From Octopus sinensis (Eukaryota), in assembly GCF_006345805.1 (NCBI RefSeq), contig NC_043024.1:7998001-8062000 (forward strand): DNA of 64,000 bases, read 5' to 3'. The notes below the pieces were generated by a model. The model ran no database searches. It was not told the origin of the DNA and saw only the letters and a list, made by a program, of their open reading frames with translations. How positions within the stretch are numbered: position 1 is the stretch's first letter; each line of letters starts with the position of its first letter. This document shows, one piece after another, positions 50,470-62,609 of this stretch. The translations under genes were made by a program, and so were the position numbers.

Positions 50470-52393
50470 ACAACAAACAAGATGAGGACAATTATCCGTC
50501 AAATGTAAATGATGTACACAACAGTTATGTATGCACTTATGTGTAAACGGCTAGCAAAATTTACACTTGAATATATTCCACCTACCAAATTCATGCATAG
50601 GGCATTAATTAGCTGATCCAGGGCTACGCTAGGTGACAGTTGCCCAAGGTGTCACATAGTAGAGCTTGAACTCAAAGCCATACAATTGAGATACAAATGT
50701 TTTAACCACACAGCTATTCCTGTGTGTATATAATTTCTACACACCTACCTTTTCTGTTCCTCTATCCCTATTCTCTCTCATATCCACCTTGTGCCTTGAC
50801 AATACATATCTCTCTCTCTGTCTATCACTCTCTCTCTTTCCAGTTGGGGGAAGCTATGTATCTCCTCTTTGGCAAAACACTCATTTCTGTCCCTCTATCA
50901 TGCTCCCACCTTCTACAATATTACACCCTGACTTAGCTGATCGGGGTCTTGTCTTGAGAGAACTTGGTGACTTCACTGGTGGCGATGCCATGAAAAGGCC
51001 TCCCAGTATACTCTGTAAAGTGGTATGGAAACCATGCCAAAGCAGACATTAAGCTTGGTGCAGCCCTCTGACTCAGTTCCTGTCGAACCAGCCAAACCAT
51101 GCTCCAGCATGGCGAAAGAGATGTTATACAATTTTGAAATCAATATTTATTATTAATTAAATCCTGATTTAATTGACTTAAGAGTATAAAAACTGCAACC
51201 CTTTGCCAAACCATGTTGATCCAGTGTGGCAGAGTAGGCTCATCAAGCTAGTATGATCCTGAGCTTAAATTCGCAGCCTCCACACCAGACTGGTTGGTGG
51301 AGAGAGCATGCTGAGGCCTTCACCCTGCAGTGGACATAAGCAATCCAAAACCATGAAGGACAATGGATCGATGGCCAGATTCTGTAAAATGGCAGGGGAG
51401 AAATGCCTTGTGGCATTTATGTTCTTTTTATGTTTCTGAGTTTAAATTCCATTGGGTACATTTGTTCCTTATTTCTGAAGCCAATTAACCAAAAAAAAAA
51501 AAATAGGGGTACTCGTCAAATACTGGGGTCTGGGGCAAACTAACCGATTATGCTCACCTTTCCATTTTGTGACAATTTAAGATTTTCAATTAGCTTGGTT
51601 GGTTTAATTAAAAGTTTTCAAAAATTTCTTATTAATTCTGTAAAGTTATGTTTAAATTCTAGTCATTTTCCCCCCTTTTCTTTTTTTCTTTTCAAATTGA
51701 ATTTTGATTTAAGTTCAAGTTTTATTTTTCATTTTGCTTTGATTCCCCCAACTCAGCACTTGGTAGTTTTTGAATTCTTTGTTTTATCAACCCTTTTGTT
51801 ACTGTATTCATTTTGAGATGCTCTGTGTTTCTTTCAATTAATTTTAAATATAACAAAGAATTTAGCAAAAGAACTGAGTTATCGTTCAGCTAGTGTTAGG
51901 AACCTAAATTGTGACTAAGGTTTGGTGGAAGATTTTAATTCAGAACTTTTGAAAACAAGACATTTGTACTACAGAACCAGAGGCGGTTTCAGGCGGGTTG
52001 GTATCAAAAGGGTTAATGTGAAATTTTAATCTGGAAAAAAAGGGGGAAAAAAAAAATAGGGTGGAAGGAAGGGTTCAAAACAAAACTGAACTGGAATTTT
52101 TTTCCTTTTTTTTTTTATATTCTGTAATTTGAACTTGTTTCACCAAGGTACCACTGCTTCTTATTTGAACCCTTTAGCATTTAAACTGGCCAGATCTGGC
52201 CCCTCACACTTACCCTACAATGTCATTCTAAAAAAAATAATCACATCAAAATCTCAAAGCTATGAGATAATCCATGATTAATTCCAAACAATGTGAATAA
52301 ATAAGCATTACTTTTGACAGAGCAATGCCATAGAGTTGAATGTACTGACTTTTTATTTACTTTTATTTATTTTTGCTTTTGTGTTCTTTTTAG

Positions 52394-52479
52394 GTGGACA
52401 ACGCCCACAGACTTCCACCAGCCTGAAATCAACTACACAAGTGCCAGTCATAATTAGTTCTCAAAATACATCACAAAAG
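52394..52479 (+). CDS. ZMYM2/3/4 (woc): ZMYM exon F (SGQRPQTSTSLKSTTQVPVIISSQNTSQK)
   Basis: ttctttttag acceptor, AAG|gtcagc donor (weak; an in-frame alternative donor TCT|gtaaat lies at 52518). Phase 1 to 0 links exons E and G across a 17.4-kb intron; extra exons in that intron cannot be excluded. Confidence 0.62.
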
Positions 52480-52976
52480 GTCAGCATCACCAATTCCTTT
52501 GGTTTTTTTTTCCAATCTGTAAATTGCATGGGTTATCACAGGGATTCTCAACTGGAGTCCATAAAAGATTTTTAGGGGTCCACTGATGCAATATAGTAAA
52601 CTGGGGGTCCACAGTAGTTTTTCAGGGGCTATGAAAAGATTGTGCCATAAATCGGATTTGAATTTTTTCTTTTACGCAATGAAGAGCAAGCCTTCTTCTA
52701 TCATACTCTCAATTTTCGTCAACTTGCGCCACAGGGTCTCGGAGAGGAGATAGTGTTAGTTGAAGGCTACCAAACCTGCCACACACACACACATACAGAC
52801 AACTTCACCTTTATATGTATAGATATTTTTTTTCAAATATGAATTAGAAGCAGTGCTAGTCTTGTGAACATTATTGAAAACACCGACTCAATGTATGTAC
52901 TTTGTTTGTTTGCCAGTAGGTACCAAATTTGTTACCAGCAAACCACCAAGGCACATACATTGAATATGTGTGCTTG

Positions 52977-53020
<44 letters not shown>

Positions 53021-53418
53021 ATATAGTGTGCAGAAGTGGCTGTGTGGTAAGTAGCTTGTTTACCAACCACATGGTTCCGGGTTCAATCCCACTGCGTAGC
53101 ACCCTGGGCAAGTGTCTTCTACTATACCTCGGGCCGACCAAAGCCTTGTGAGTGGATTTGGTAGACAGAAACTGAAAAGAAGCCTGTCGTATATATCTAT
53201 ATATATATGCGTTTGTGTGTCTGTGTTTGTCCCCCTAGCATTGCTTGACAACCGATGCTGGTGTGTTTATGTCCCTGTTACTTAGCGGTTCAGCAAAAGA
53301 GACCGATAGAATAAGTACTGGGCTTACAAAAGAATAAGTCCCGGAGCCGATTTGCTCGACTAAAGGCGGTGCTCCAGCATGGCCGCAGTCAAATGACTGA
53401 AACATGTAAAAGAGTATA

Positions 53419-53878
53419 AGGAATCCACTTAAAGGGAATTCAGCACGCTAGAAAGAACAGCTAGGTTCTGTAAACCACAAAAATAACGGATACATTTGGA
53501 AATGAAAAACATTTACCATCTAGTACCTAGATTAAATACTGTAAGTTTTTGGATAATTTTCGGTTAAAAGTTGGCGGGTTTTCATTGTAGCCAGCGAAGG
53601 ACTGCGTCTGCGCAGTAAAATTTGAAAAGTTAGTTCGTATGAACACGAGACAAGTAGCCTTGTTTGTCTCATGTTGGATATGTTTAACCCTAGGTTGGAC
53701 CTTGTGAGTTCCCCTTGACTCGCTAAAAGATGATCAGAAACCAATTGGTCCAGGGTAATAGATGGTAAATGTTTTTCATTTCCAAATTTATTCCGGTCGA
53801 ATTTTATCCATTATTTTTGTGGTTTACAGAACCTAGCTGTTCTTTCTAGTGTGTTGAATTCCCTTTAAGTGGATTCCT
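53419..53878. mobile_element. Fold-back MITE with ~100-bp TIRs, flanked by TA
   Basis: aggaatccacttaaagggaattcagcacgctagaaagaacagctagg... is mirrored at the right end. Confidence 0.75.
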
Positions 53879-54430
53879 TATGTGTATAAATATACACTAT
53901 ATCATATGACTAATATATAGTCTTCATCATCATCATCATCATCATCATTTAGCGTCCACTTTCCATGCTGGCATGGGTTGGACGGTTCAACTGGGGTCTA
54001 GGAAGCCAGAAGGCTGCATCAGGCCCAGTCTGATCTGGCAATGTTTCTATGGCTGGATGCCCTTCCTAACGCCAACCACTCCGTGAGTGTAGTGGGTGCT
54101 TTTTACGTGCCACCCGCACAGGTGCCAGACGGGGCTGGCAACTGCCACGAACGGATGGTGCTTTTTACGTGCCACCAGCACGGAGGCCAGTCGGGGTGGC
54201 GCTGGCAACGGCCAAGATCGGATGGTTCACTTACTTGTCACCGGCACTGGTATCACAGCTGCAATTTCCATTGATGTTGATCGACTTCGATTTTGGTTCT
54301 TCTTTCTCATATCTGATTTGATTTGATTTTGATTTTGATGACTTTTTTTTTTTTGCACGTTAGACCACTGGAAAAGTAAATTTTGATTGAATGTTTTAAT
54401 TTTAATTAAATTCCATTTCCATTTGACATG

Positions 54431-54470
<40 letters not shown>

Positions 54471-54475
<5 letters not shown>

Positions 54476-54968
54476 CAATTTAGGAATGGCCTGAACAGGC
54501 CATTCGTCCACCAGAAAGAGCAGCCATAACTCCACCGCCAAGTAGTGTAATTCGGAAATAAGGTGAAAATTTAAAAACATTTACCCTAATTCATCTTTTA
54601 TACGATGCATCGTTTCGGTGTCTTTAATGATAGACCAGCTTAATTAAATTAAATTAAGCTAGTCTACCATAGGTCACACTTCATCAGTAAAAGAAACCTG
54701 GGAGAGACGGATATACACGAGGCTACTGTATCAATGCCTCGGGAATATCTGTCTTAAAATTTTCAAGACCAACGCATTCGCGCCAAACTTATCGGCAGCA
54801 AATATAAACTGCCGATTCAATCTCAGAATTAGTCAGAAAATTATCAATTAATCAATTTAGGGTAGCAAAAAATTCAGTAAAAATTTATCGCTACCAGCGG
54901 CCTAATGGAAAAGAGAAAATAGTCAAAGACTAAATATGTATAAATATAACAATTTAGGAATGGCCTGA
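54471..54968 (-). mobile_element. Non-autonomous hammerhead-bearing element (PLE-derived or retrozyme-like), 474-nt unit plus 24-nt terminal direct repeat, in (TA)n
   Basis: tataacaatttaggaatggcctga occurs at 54471-54494 and 54945-54968; contains HHR4; no ORF. Confidence 0.65.
54595..54693 (-). ncRNA. Type I hammerhead ribozyme with extended stem II (HHR4)
   Basis: Minus strand: CUUUUA-CUGAUGA-[A GUGU...19-bp hairpin...ACAC C]-GAAA-CGAUGCAUCG-UA^UAAAAG; predicted cleavage between + strand positions 54601 and 54600. Confidence 0.82.
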
Positions 54969-55028
54969 TATATATATATCAATCACTCAAATATACACAT
55001 GTACATTGTTTTTTTGTTTTTGTTGTAG

Positions 55029-55302
55029 ACGTCTTTGAGTGTTGTTTCTTCTGGTGGTGGCAGCAGTAATAGTAGCAGCAGCAGCAGCAGTAGTTCCTCT
55101 GCTGGCACCAGTACCGGAGATATCGGTACCCTCACAGCAGCAGCAGCAGCAGTGGCAGCACCAGGGAATGGTAACCAGCAGATTATCATCCAGCCCACAC
55201 CTCCGAAACAAGTGAAAAACAAATCCCTGCTCTGCAAGCCGTTTGTACAGACCAAAGCCACATCCTGCCGTCCTCACACTCAATGCAAAGAAGTACAAAC
55301 TG
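55029..55302 (+). CDS. ZMYM2/3/4 (woc): ZMYM exon G (poly-S/poly-A tract; KNKSLLCKPFVQTKATSCRPHTQCKEVQT)
   Basis: ttgttgtag acceptor, ACTG|gtaaat donor; conserved ZMYM KNKxLLCKP motif; phase 0 to 1. Confidence 0.9.
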
Positions 55303-57607
55303 GTAAATGCTTTACTATTGTCTTCTCTTACTGTCTCTTGTGTCTCTGTGTTTGTTTTTATATTACAATTCTGTCTTGACTGCTTTCTGTGTCAGTAACT
55401 GTCTTCTGGGGGCATTTCTGCAACCCGCTAATTAAGCCATAGCTTTGGATATATATACATATATATACTACAAAATTAGAGAATGGAGAAATATACTTAA
55501 ATCAGTAAAACATCAACTATCAGTATATTTCTCCATTCTCTAATTTTGTAGTATTAATTTACGGTAATATTATTACCTTTACCCATATAATGCAATAGAT
55601 GAACTGATTGTTTGACAATTGTTAACATCTATGTATTAAATTTGTTGGGTACCTATCTAGCAGTATATTGGATATATATTATCCCATGGTGGGTTGAATT
55701 TTCAACCCCTATCTCATTTTATATACATATATATATATACATATGTGGAGGCGCAATGGCCTAGTGGTTAGGGCAACGGACTTGCGGTCGGAGGATCGCG
55801 GTTTCGATTCCCAGACCGGGCGTTGTGTGTGTTTATTGAGCGAAAAAAACACCTAAAAGCTCCACGAGGCTCCGGCAGGGGATGGTGGTGATCCCTGCTG
55901 TACTCTTTCACCACTCTAAAGGCGGTGCTCCAGCATGGCCGCAGTCAAATGACTGAAACAAGTACAAAAAAAAAAAAAATATATATATAACAAATTAAAA
56001 AACAAAACGTATGCATATATACATACATATATGTACGTACCTACCTCCACATGTATATATACATGCATATATGGGTACAGGACGCCAAAAAAACGTCGAA
56101 CACAATGAGAAATGAAAACATAAACACAAAACCAAGGAAATGGACATTTTTTTTAAACAACGAAAAAATAGAGTACAGGACATACAACACAAGGAAAATT
56201 CCCCTTCTTCAGTCGCCATGGTTTCATCTACTCTGCGTTTTGAAGGTGAAGGCGATACGCATCTTCGATAGAAACTTTCCTTCCCGCGAAAAGCAACTTA
56301 AATAAAATTTGAGATTTTTTTGCGGAGGGGTAAAAATAGTAACAAAACCAGGACAGTAACGACAGTACAAAATATAAACAGTAAAAGACAGGACAAGGAG
56401 AATAACAGTAACACAGACAAGAAGGGCTGTTAAGCCAAACGAGATAAAATATTACGAACGCTATTTTTGAGAACAGCAAAGGAGCCACAGAAAATGCCAT
56501 CTACACTCGGGTGAAGCAAGGTCAGAAAAGACAGTAGTTTCCTCATCGTTGACTAGCGACGGGACAGGGGAGGAGGAGTAAGAGAAAGGGAAGGGGAGAG
56601 AAAAAAGAGGAATGGTTGTATATATATATATTATATATATATATATAGCTAAGTATATGCCTTCTCATCAGCAACTCCAGTAAAGAACAGCCATCACAAT
56701 TTAGTCCTTTTATTAACAAATTACCTGAGACCCACCTGTGGTTTTGCGGTATAGACTCTCTCATTTTGAAGGTACCAACGTGGGTGTGTGAGTAAGAAGT
56801 TTGCTTCCCAACCACTTGTTTCTGGGTTCAGTCCCACTATGTGTCACCTTGGGCAAGTGACTTCTGTTGACTAAAGGCCTTCTGAGTGGAATTAGTAGAC
56901 GGAAACTAAAAGAAGACCCTTGTGTGTGTTTTTATATTACAATTCTGTAATGAAGTTCCCCTCTTGATCCATTGCAATTAGCCATCAAAATGTACTTAAT
57001 GCTGTGTTCCAAATGACTGCAAGTGTGGAGGTACTAAATATTTATACTGGTGGTTATCTTAATTTTCTCTTACATATGCCTTGTAGATTATGACCAGTAA
57101 CACTCCTTAGTGGTTAAGTGACCACTATACTGGCTGATGATACTCTATGTGGAGCTCTAACAGTAATAATCATACATCTAACTGTACACACAAGATAGAT
57201 GTATAATATATATACATATATAGGCGCAAGAGTGGCTGTGTGGTAAGTAGCTTGTTTACCAACCACATGGTTCCGGGTTCAGTCCCACTGTGTGGCACCT
57301 TGGGCAAGTGTCTTCTACTATAGCCTCGGGCCGACCAATGCCTTGTGAGTGGATTTGGTAGACGGAAACTGAAAGAAGCCCGTCGTATACATGTATGTTT
57401 GTGTGTCTGTGTTTGCCCCCCTAGCATTGCTTGACAACCGATGCTGGTGTGTTTACGTCCCTGTCACTTAGCGGTTCGGCAAAAAAGGGACCGATAGAAT
57501 AAGTACTAGGCTTACAAAAGAATAAGTCCCGGGGTCGATTTGCTCGATTAAAGGCGGTGCTCCAGCATGGCTGCAGTCAAATGACTGAAACAAGTAAAAG
57601 AGTACAT

Positions 57608-57808
57608 CAGTGGTTTTCAACCAGGGTTCCGCCAGTACATTCCAGGGGTTCCGCAAGAAGTTACAAAAATGCTAAAATCGACAGTAATTTTTAATTCTCC
57701 TGTGCAGACATGTGTGCATAAGACAATTAAATTATTGCACAGGGGTTCCTTGAGCCAGTGGAATGTTTCCTTGGGGTTCCGCTCCAGCAAAAAGGTTGAA
57801 AAGCACTG
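57608..57808. mobile_element. hAT-like MITE
   Basis: cagtggttttcaacc ... ggttgaaaagcactg; both 8-bp flanks end in tacat. Confidence 0.72.
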
Positions 57809-58533
57809 ACATACATACGTAAAAGAGGCGATAAAAACCTTCCAGAAATGTTAGCACGCCGGGTGAAATGCCTAGCAATATTTCGTCTGTCTTTACATTC
57901 TGAGTTCAAATTCCACTGAGGTCGACTTTGCCTTGCATCCTTTCGGGGTCGATAAATTAAGTACCAGTTACGCACTGGGGTCGATATAATCGACTTAGTA
58001 CCTATGTCTGTCCTTGTTTGTTCCCTCTGTGTTTAGCCCCTTGTGGGTAGTAAAGAAATAAGTATTTTGTCTGTCTTTACATTCTGAGTTCAAATTCCGC
58101 TGAGGTCAACTTTGCCTTTCATCCTTTCGGGGTTGATAAATTAAGTACCAGTTATGCACTGGGGTCAATGCAATCAACTTAATTCCTTTGTCTGTCCTTG
58201 TTTGTTCCCTCTATGTTTAGCCCCTTGTGGGTAGTAAAGAAATAGGTATTTCGTCTGTCTTTACATTCTGAGTTCAAATTCCGCTGAGGTCAACTTTGCC
58301 TTTCATCCTTCTGGGGTTGATAAATTAAGTACCAGTTATGCACTGGGGTCGATGTAATCGACTTAATTCCTTTGTCTGTTCTTGTTTGTTCCCTATATGT
58401 TTAGCCCCTTGTGGGCAATAAAGAAAAAGAAAAAAACCTTCCACTGTACATATGTGATGACTATTGTTTAGAAATTTCCCTTCTGTCCTATGTTCTCTCT
58501 CCTCACGCTTGACTTGTTTGTCTCTACTTGCAG

Positions 58534-58715
58534 AAGGAGAGCCTGAAGCCAAGACACACATTCTTCCTGTACCAGTACCTGTCTATGTACCCTTGCCTCT
58601 ACCCATGTACAATACTATCTCACCGTTCATGTTCCCTGTTCCCATTCCCATACCAGTTCCATGTTTCATACCAACTACCAAAAAGTCAGCATCCAGTATT
58701 TTCAAGCATATTAAA
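58534..58715 (+). CDS. ZMYM2/3/4 (woc): ZMYM exon H: Pro-rich motif (PVPVPVYVPLPLPMY...PVPIPIPVPCF)
   Basis: tacttgcag acceptor, ATTAAA|gtaagt donor; ZMYM signature motif; phase 1 to 0. Confidence 0.93.
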
Positions 58716-59660
58716 GTAAGTAGACCCCTTGTTCTCTTTTATTTGTTTCTAATGTTCCATTATTTAGTTGTAGGTCTCCAATGGAACAGTCCATTATTCA
58801 GTTGCAATCTCCAGTGGAATGGTCCGTTATACTGTTGTGACTCTCCAGCAGAGCAGTCCATTAGTTAGTTAGTTAGTTAATTTTTTGGCTCAAAAAGCAA
58901 AAAGCAAGGCCATGTAGGGGGACATGGAGTTATGTACAGGGTGGTGTTCATGCAAAGAGTTCAGGCCATTACTGGTCAAGAGAGACTTTGAACCGAGCGG
59001 TCGTCGGCATCATCACTATCTCGTCCGGCAGCTTATTCCATGGATCCGCAACCCGGACAGAGAAAGCCCCTCTCCTTCGATTTAGATGAAATCGTCGCAG
59101 ATAGAGCTTTTCGGAGTGACCCCGCAGCCGACGCTCTGGAGCAGGAGTGAAAAACAGCTCTTTCGAGAGGTTACACTTTCCGCTTATGATGTTGTGAGCA
59201 AGAATGAGATCACCACGGCTGCAGTTGTGACTCCACAGTGGAACTGTCCATTATGCAGTTTTGACTCTAATGGAATAATCCATTACTTGCTTGTGTCTCT
59301 CAAATAGAATGGACCAATATTCAGTTGTGACTCCAATGGAATGGTCCATATTCAGTTGTAAATTTCCAATGGAATGGTCCATTTTCCAGTTGTAGATTTC
59401 AATAATAGTCCATGATATTATGTAATTATTTTGTTATGCCTCATGATTTGCAGTCTGTTGTAAAATTGTCTTGAATAAAACCAGTTCTTGGTGCCAAAAA
59501 GATTGGGAACTGCTGGTTTGGAGAGTGGGACTGGTCCTGTTGAGTAAAGGGTTTAAACTCGTTTGATTTCCCTCAATGTTTTCATTTTTTGCTTTTATAA
59601 TTTTGTCCATTCTGTTTTGCATTAACAAAAACGAAACAAAATAAAACTTTATTTTATTAG

Positions 59661-59811
59661 GAAATCCAGGAAAAAATTCCTGCAGATCCATTTGAAGCGG
59701 AATTGTTGATGATGGCTGAGGCTGTAGCCCATTCTGAACAGTCGACCAGTGATGAAGAAGATGGCTTAGATACTGCTGCTGCAGATGCTGCTGCTATTGA
59801 TGGCAATGACA
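59661..59811 (+). CDS. ZMYM2/3/4 (woc): ZMYM exon I (EIQEKIPADPFEAELLMMAEAVA...)
   Basis: attttattag acceptor, GACA|gtgagt donor; resembles the ZMYM PxDPFEA(D/E)LLxMAE motif; phase 0 to 1. Confidence 0.92.
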
Positions 59812-61116
59812 GTGAGTGACCACAAGAGTTGTTGTTGTTGTTGTTCTGGCAAGATGTGTCTGTGTGTCTGTGTTCATGAGTATTATGACATTTCATGTAG
59901 GGATGGTGGTGTTTATATCTGTGTGTATGTGTGTTGGTCTGCAAACATGTGCGTGTGTGGGAGTGGCTGCGTAGTAAGTATAGGCGCAGGGGTGGCCGTG
60001 TGGTAAGTAGCTTCCTTACCAACCACATGGTCCAGGGTTCAGTCCCACTGTGTGGCACCTTGGGCAAGTGTCTTCTACAATAGCCTCGGGCCGACCAAAG
60101 CCTTGTGAGTGGATTTGGTAGACGGAAACTGAAAGAAGCCCGTCGTATATATGTAGGAGTGGCTGTGTGGTAAGTAGCTTGCTAACCAACCACATGGTTC
60201 CGGGTTCAGTCCCACTGCGTGGCACCTTGGGCAAGTGTCTTCTACAATAGCCTCGGGCCGACCAAAGCCTTGTGAGTGGATTTGGTAGACAGAAACTGAA
60301 AGAAGCCCGTTGTATATATGTATACATATGCATGTGTGTTTGTGTGTCTGTGTTTGTTCCTCTAGCATTGCTTGACAACCGATGCTGGTGTGTTTATGTC
60401 CCCGTTACTTTGTGGTTCGGCAAAAGAGACCGATAGAATAAGTACTGGGCTTACAAAAGAATAAGTCCCAGGGTCGAGTTGCTCGATTAAAGGCGGTGCT
60501 CCAGCATGGCCACAGTCAAATGACTGAAACAAGTAAAAGAGAACTGTATGGATTTAAGTTTAATTTCGCTGTCTGGTACTTTTGACAATTATCTTCTGCT
60601 GACCAAAACCTTAAGAGTCGATTTGGTAGACAGAAATTGAAAGGAAGCCCATCCTCTGTGTGTGTGTGATGCCATGTAAAAAGCACCCAATACACGCTGT
60701 AAAGTGGTTGGTGTTAGGAAGGGCATCCAGTTATAGAAACTCTGCCAAAACTGACAGTAGAGCTAGGCACAATTCCCTGGCTTGCCAGCTCATGTTGAAC
60801 TGTCCAGTGCATGCCAACATTGAAGACAGCTGTTAGTTGACAATGATGATGATTGTGTGTGCATGTGCACACTCATAATCATCATCATTAATGCAAACGT
60901 GTGCTTGCAATTTCTTCCACGCTGAAATTGATGCCCTTAAAGAAGGTTGTGAAATGGCCATAATCCTGTGGAAGTGATGTGGTTAAATATATATTCACCT
61001 TTCATACCACCTGACTCCATGGTTTTATATGTGTGAGTGTATCTGTGTATTTTGGATGCTTTTCTGGAAGTCACTGGACATGAACTTGATTTTGAATGTA
61101 TGCATGTGTATGTGAG

Positions 61117-61149
<33 letters not shown>

Positions 61150-61358
61150 GATATATATATTATATATATAATAGGTTAGGGAGAGAGAGAGAGATTTAGT
61201 AATGCAAACAGGAAAAAGGAACTCAAAATAATAATATATATATATATCTATATATTATATATATTATAAGGAGAGTATTGTAGTTTGCTTGAAGCATTGT
61301 GTATTGTTTGTAAAGAATAAAAAGTTTTGAATGGTATAATAAAACACTAAAATACTAA

Positions 61359-61448
61359 CAATGGGCTATATACCTGTTGTAATTTAGTCATCTATAGTCT
61401 AATATCAGACTATAGATGACTAAATTACAACAGGTATATAGCCCATTG
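61359..61448. repeat. Perfect 42-bp inverted repeat, 6-nt spacer
   Basis: caatggg...tagtct / aatatc / agacta...cccattg. Confidence 0.95.
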
Positions 61449-61479
61449 CCTGTATAAATAGTGCAATGTTATACCAATA

Positions 61480-61519
<40 letters not shown>

Positions 61520-61520
61520 C

Positions 61521-61570
<50 letters not shown>

Positions 61571-61659
61571 ATATATGTGTGTGTGTATATATGTATGTGT
61601 GTGTATATATATGTGTGTGTATATATGTGTGTGTGTATATATTTGTGTGTGTGTGTATG

Positions 61660-61690
<31 letters not shown>

Positions 61691-61759
61691 GTGTGTGTAT
61701 ATATGTGTGTGTGTATGTGTGTATATATATATGTGTATGTGTGTATATATATGTGTGTG

Positions 61760-61807
<48 letters not shown>

Positions 61808-61867
61808 CATATACATGTATACACTAGCAGTTTGCTGTATTTGAACCTGGCGTCTCTGTCTTTGCAG

Positions 61868-62071
61868 AAGTACTGAACACCAACGAGGACACTTTGACAG
61901 TAGCTTCTATTACACCTCAATGTGAAGACACAACCACTGCAGCCAACACCTGCAGTAAAGACTTTGATGACGATGTCCTTCAGATGTCCCTCAATATAAC
62001 TGCTGCTGAAATACCTGAACCATCGTTAGACCTGGAGTCTTTTTTAGAATTTGCTCCACCACTTGGTTCCT
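61868..62071 (+). CDS. ZMYM2/3/4 (woc): ZMYM exon J (KVLNTNEDTL...LDLESFLEFAPPLGS)
   Basis: tctttgcag acceptor, TCCT|gtaagt donor; open frame; phase 1 to 1. Confidence 0.82.
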
Positions 62072-62133
62072 GTAAGTAATTTAAAATCTTTGTCGGTTGT
62101 TGTTGGTGTTGTTGTTGTTTGTATTGCATTGTG

Positions 62134-62515
62134 TGGAGGCGCAATGGCCCAGTGGTTAGGGCAGCGGACTCGCGGTTTCGATTCCCAGACCGGGCGTTGT
62201 GAGTGTTTATTGAGCGAAAACGCCTAAAAGCTCCACGAGGCTCCGGCAGGGGATGGTGGTGATCCCTGCTGTACTCTTTCACCACAACTTTCTCTCACTC
62301 TTACTTCCTGTTTCTGTTGTACCTGTATTTCAAAAGGGCCGGCCTTGTCACTCTCTGTGTCACACTGAATATGCCCGAGAAGTACGTTAAGGGTACACGT
62401 GTCTGTGGAGTGCTCAGCCACTCACACATTAATTTCACAAGCAGGCCATTTCCGTTGATCGGATCAACCGGAACCCTCGTCGTCGTCATAACCAATGGAG
62501 TGCTTCCATTCCATT
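62134..62515 (+). mobile_element. tRNA(Arg)-like SINE, OR-type (partial copies at 55744-55915 + and 19235-19310 -)
   Basis: Head ggaggcgcaatggcccagtggttagggcagcggactcgcgg...ttcgattccc; shared body cacctaaaagctccacgaggctccggcagggg. Confidence 0.75.
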
Positions 62516-62609
62516 GCATTGTAAATTCAGTGAATTCGAAATTGAATAATTATTGATTTGAACCTCACAGTTTTTTTTTATGTGAGCAGTCTTGTCACCC
62601 TCCTGTAAT

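Noticed and set aside
56228-56275. Possible fifth hammerhead on the minus strand (CUAUCGAAGAUG...CUUCAAAACGCA)
   Set aside because: G5, G12 and U16.1 are all altered and stem I is poor; at best a dead relic.
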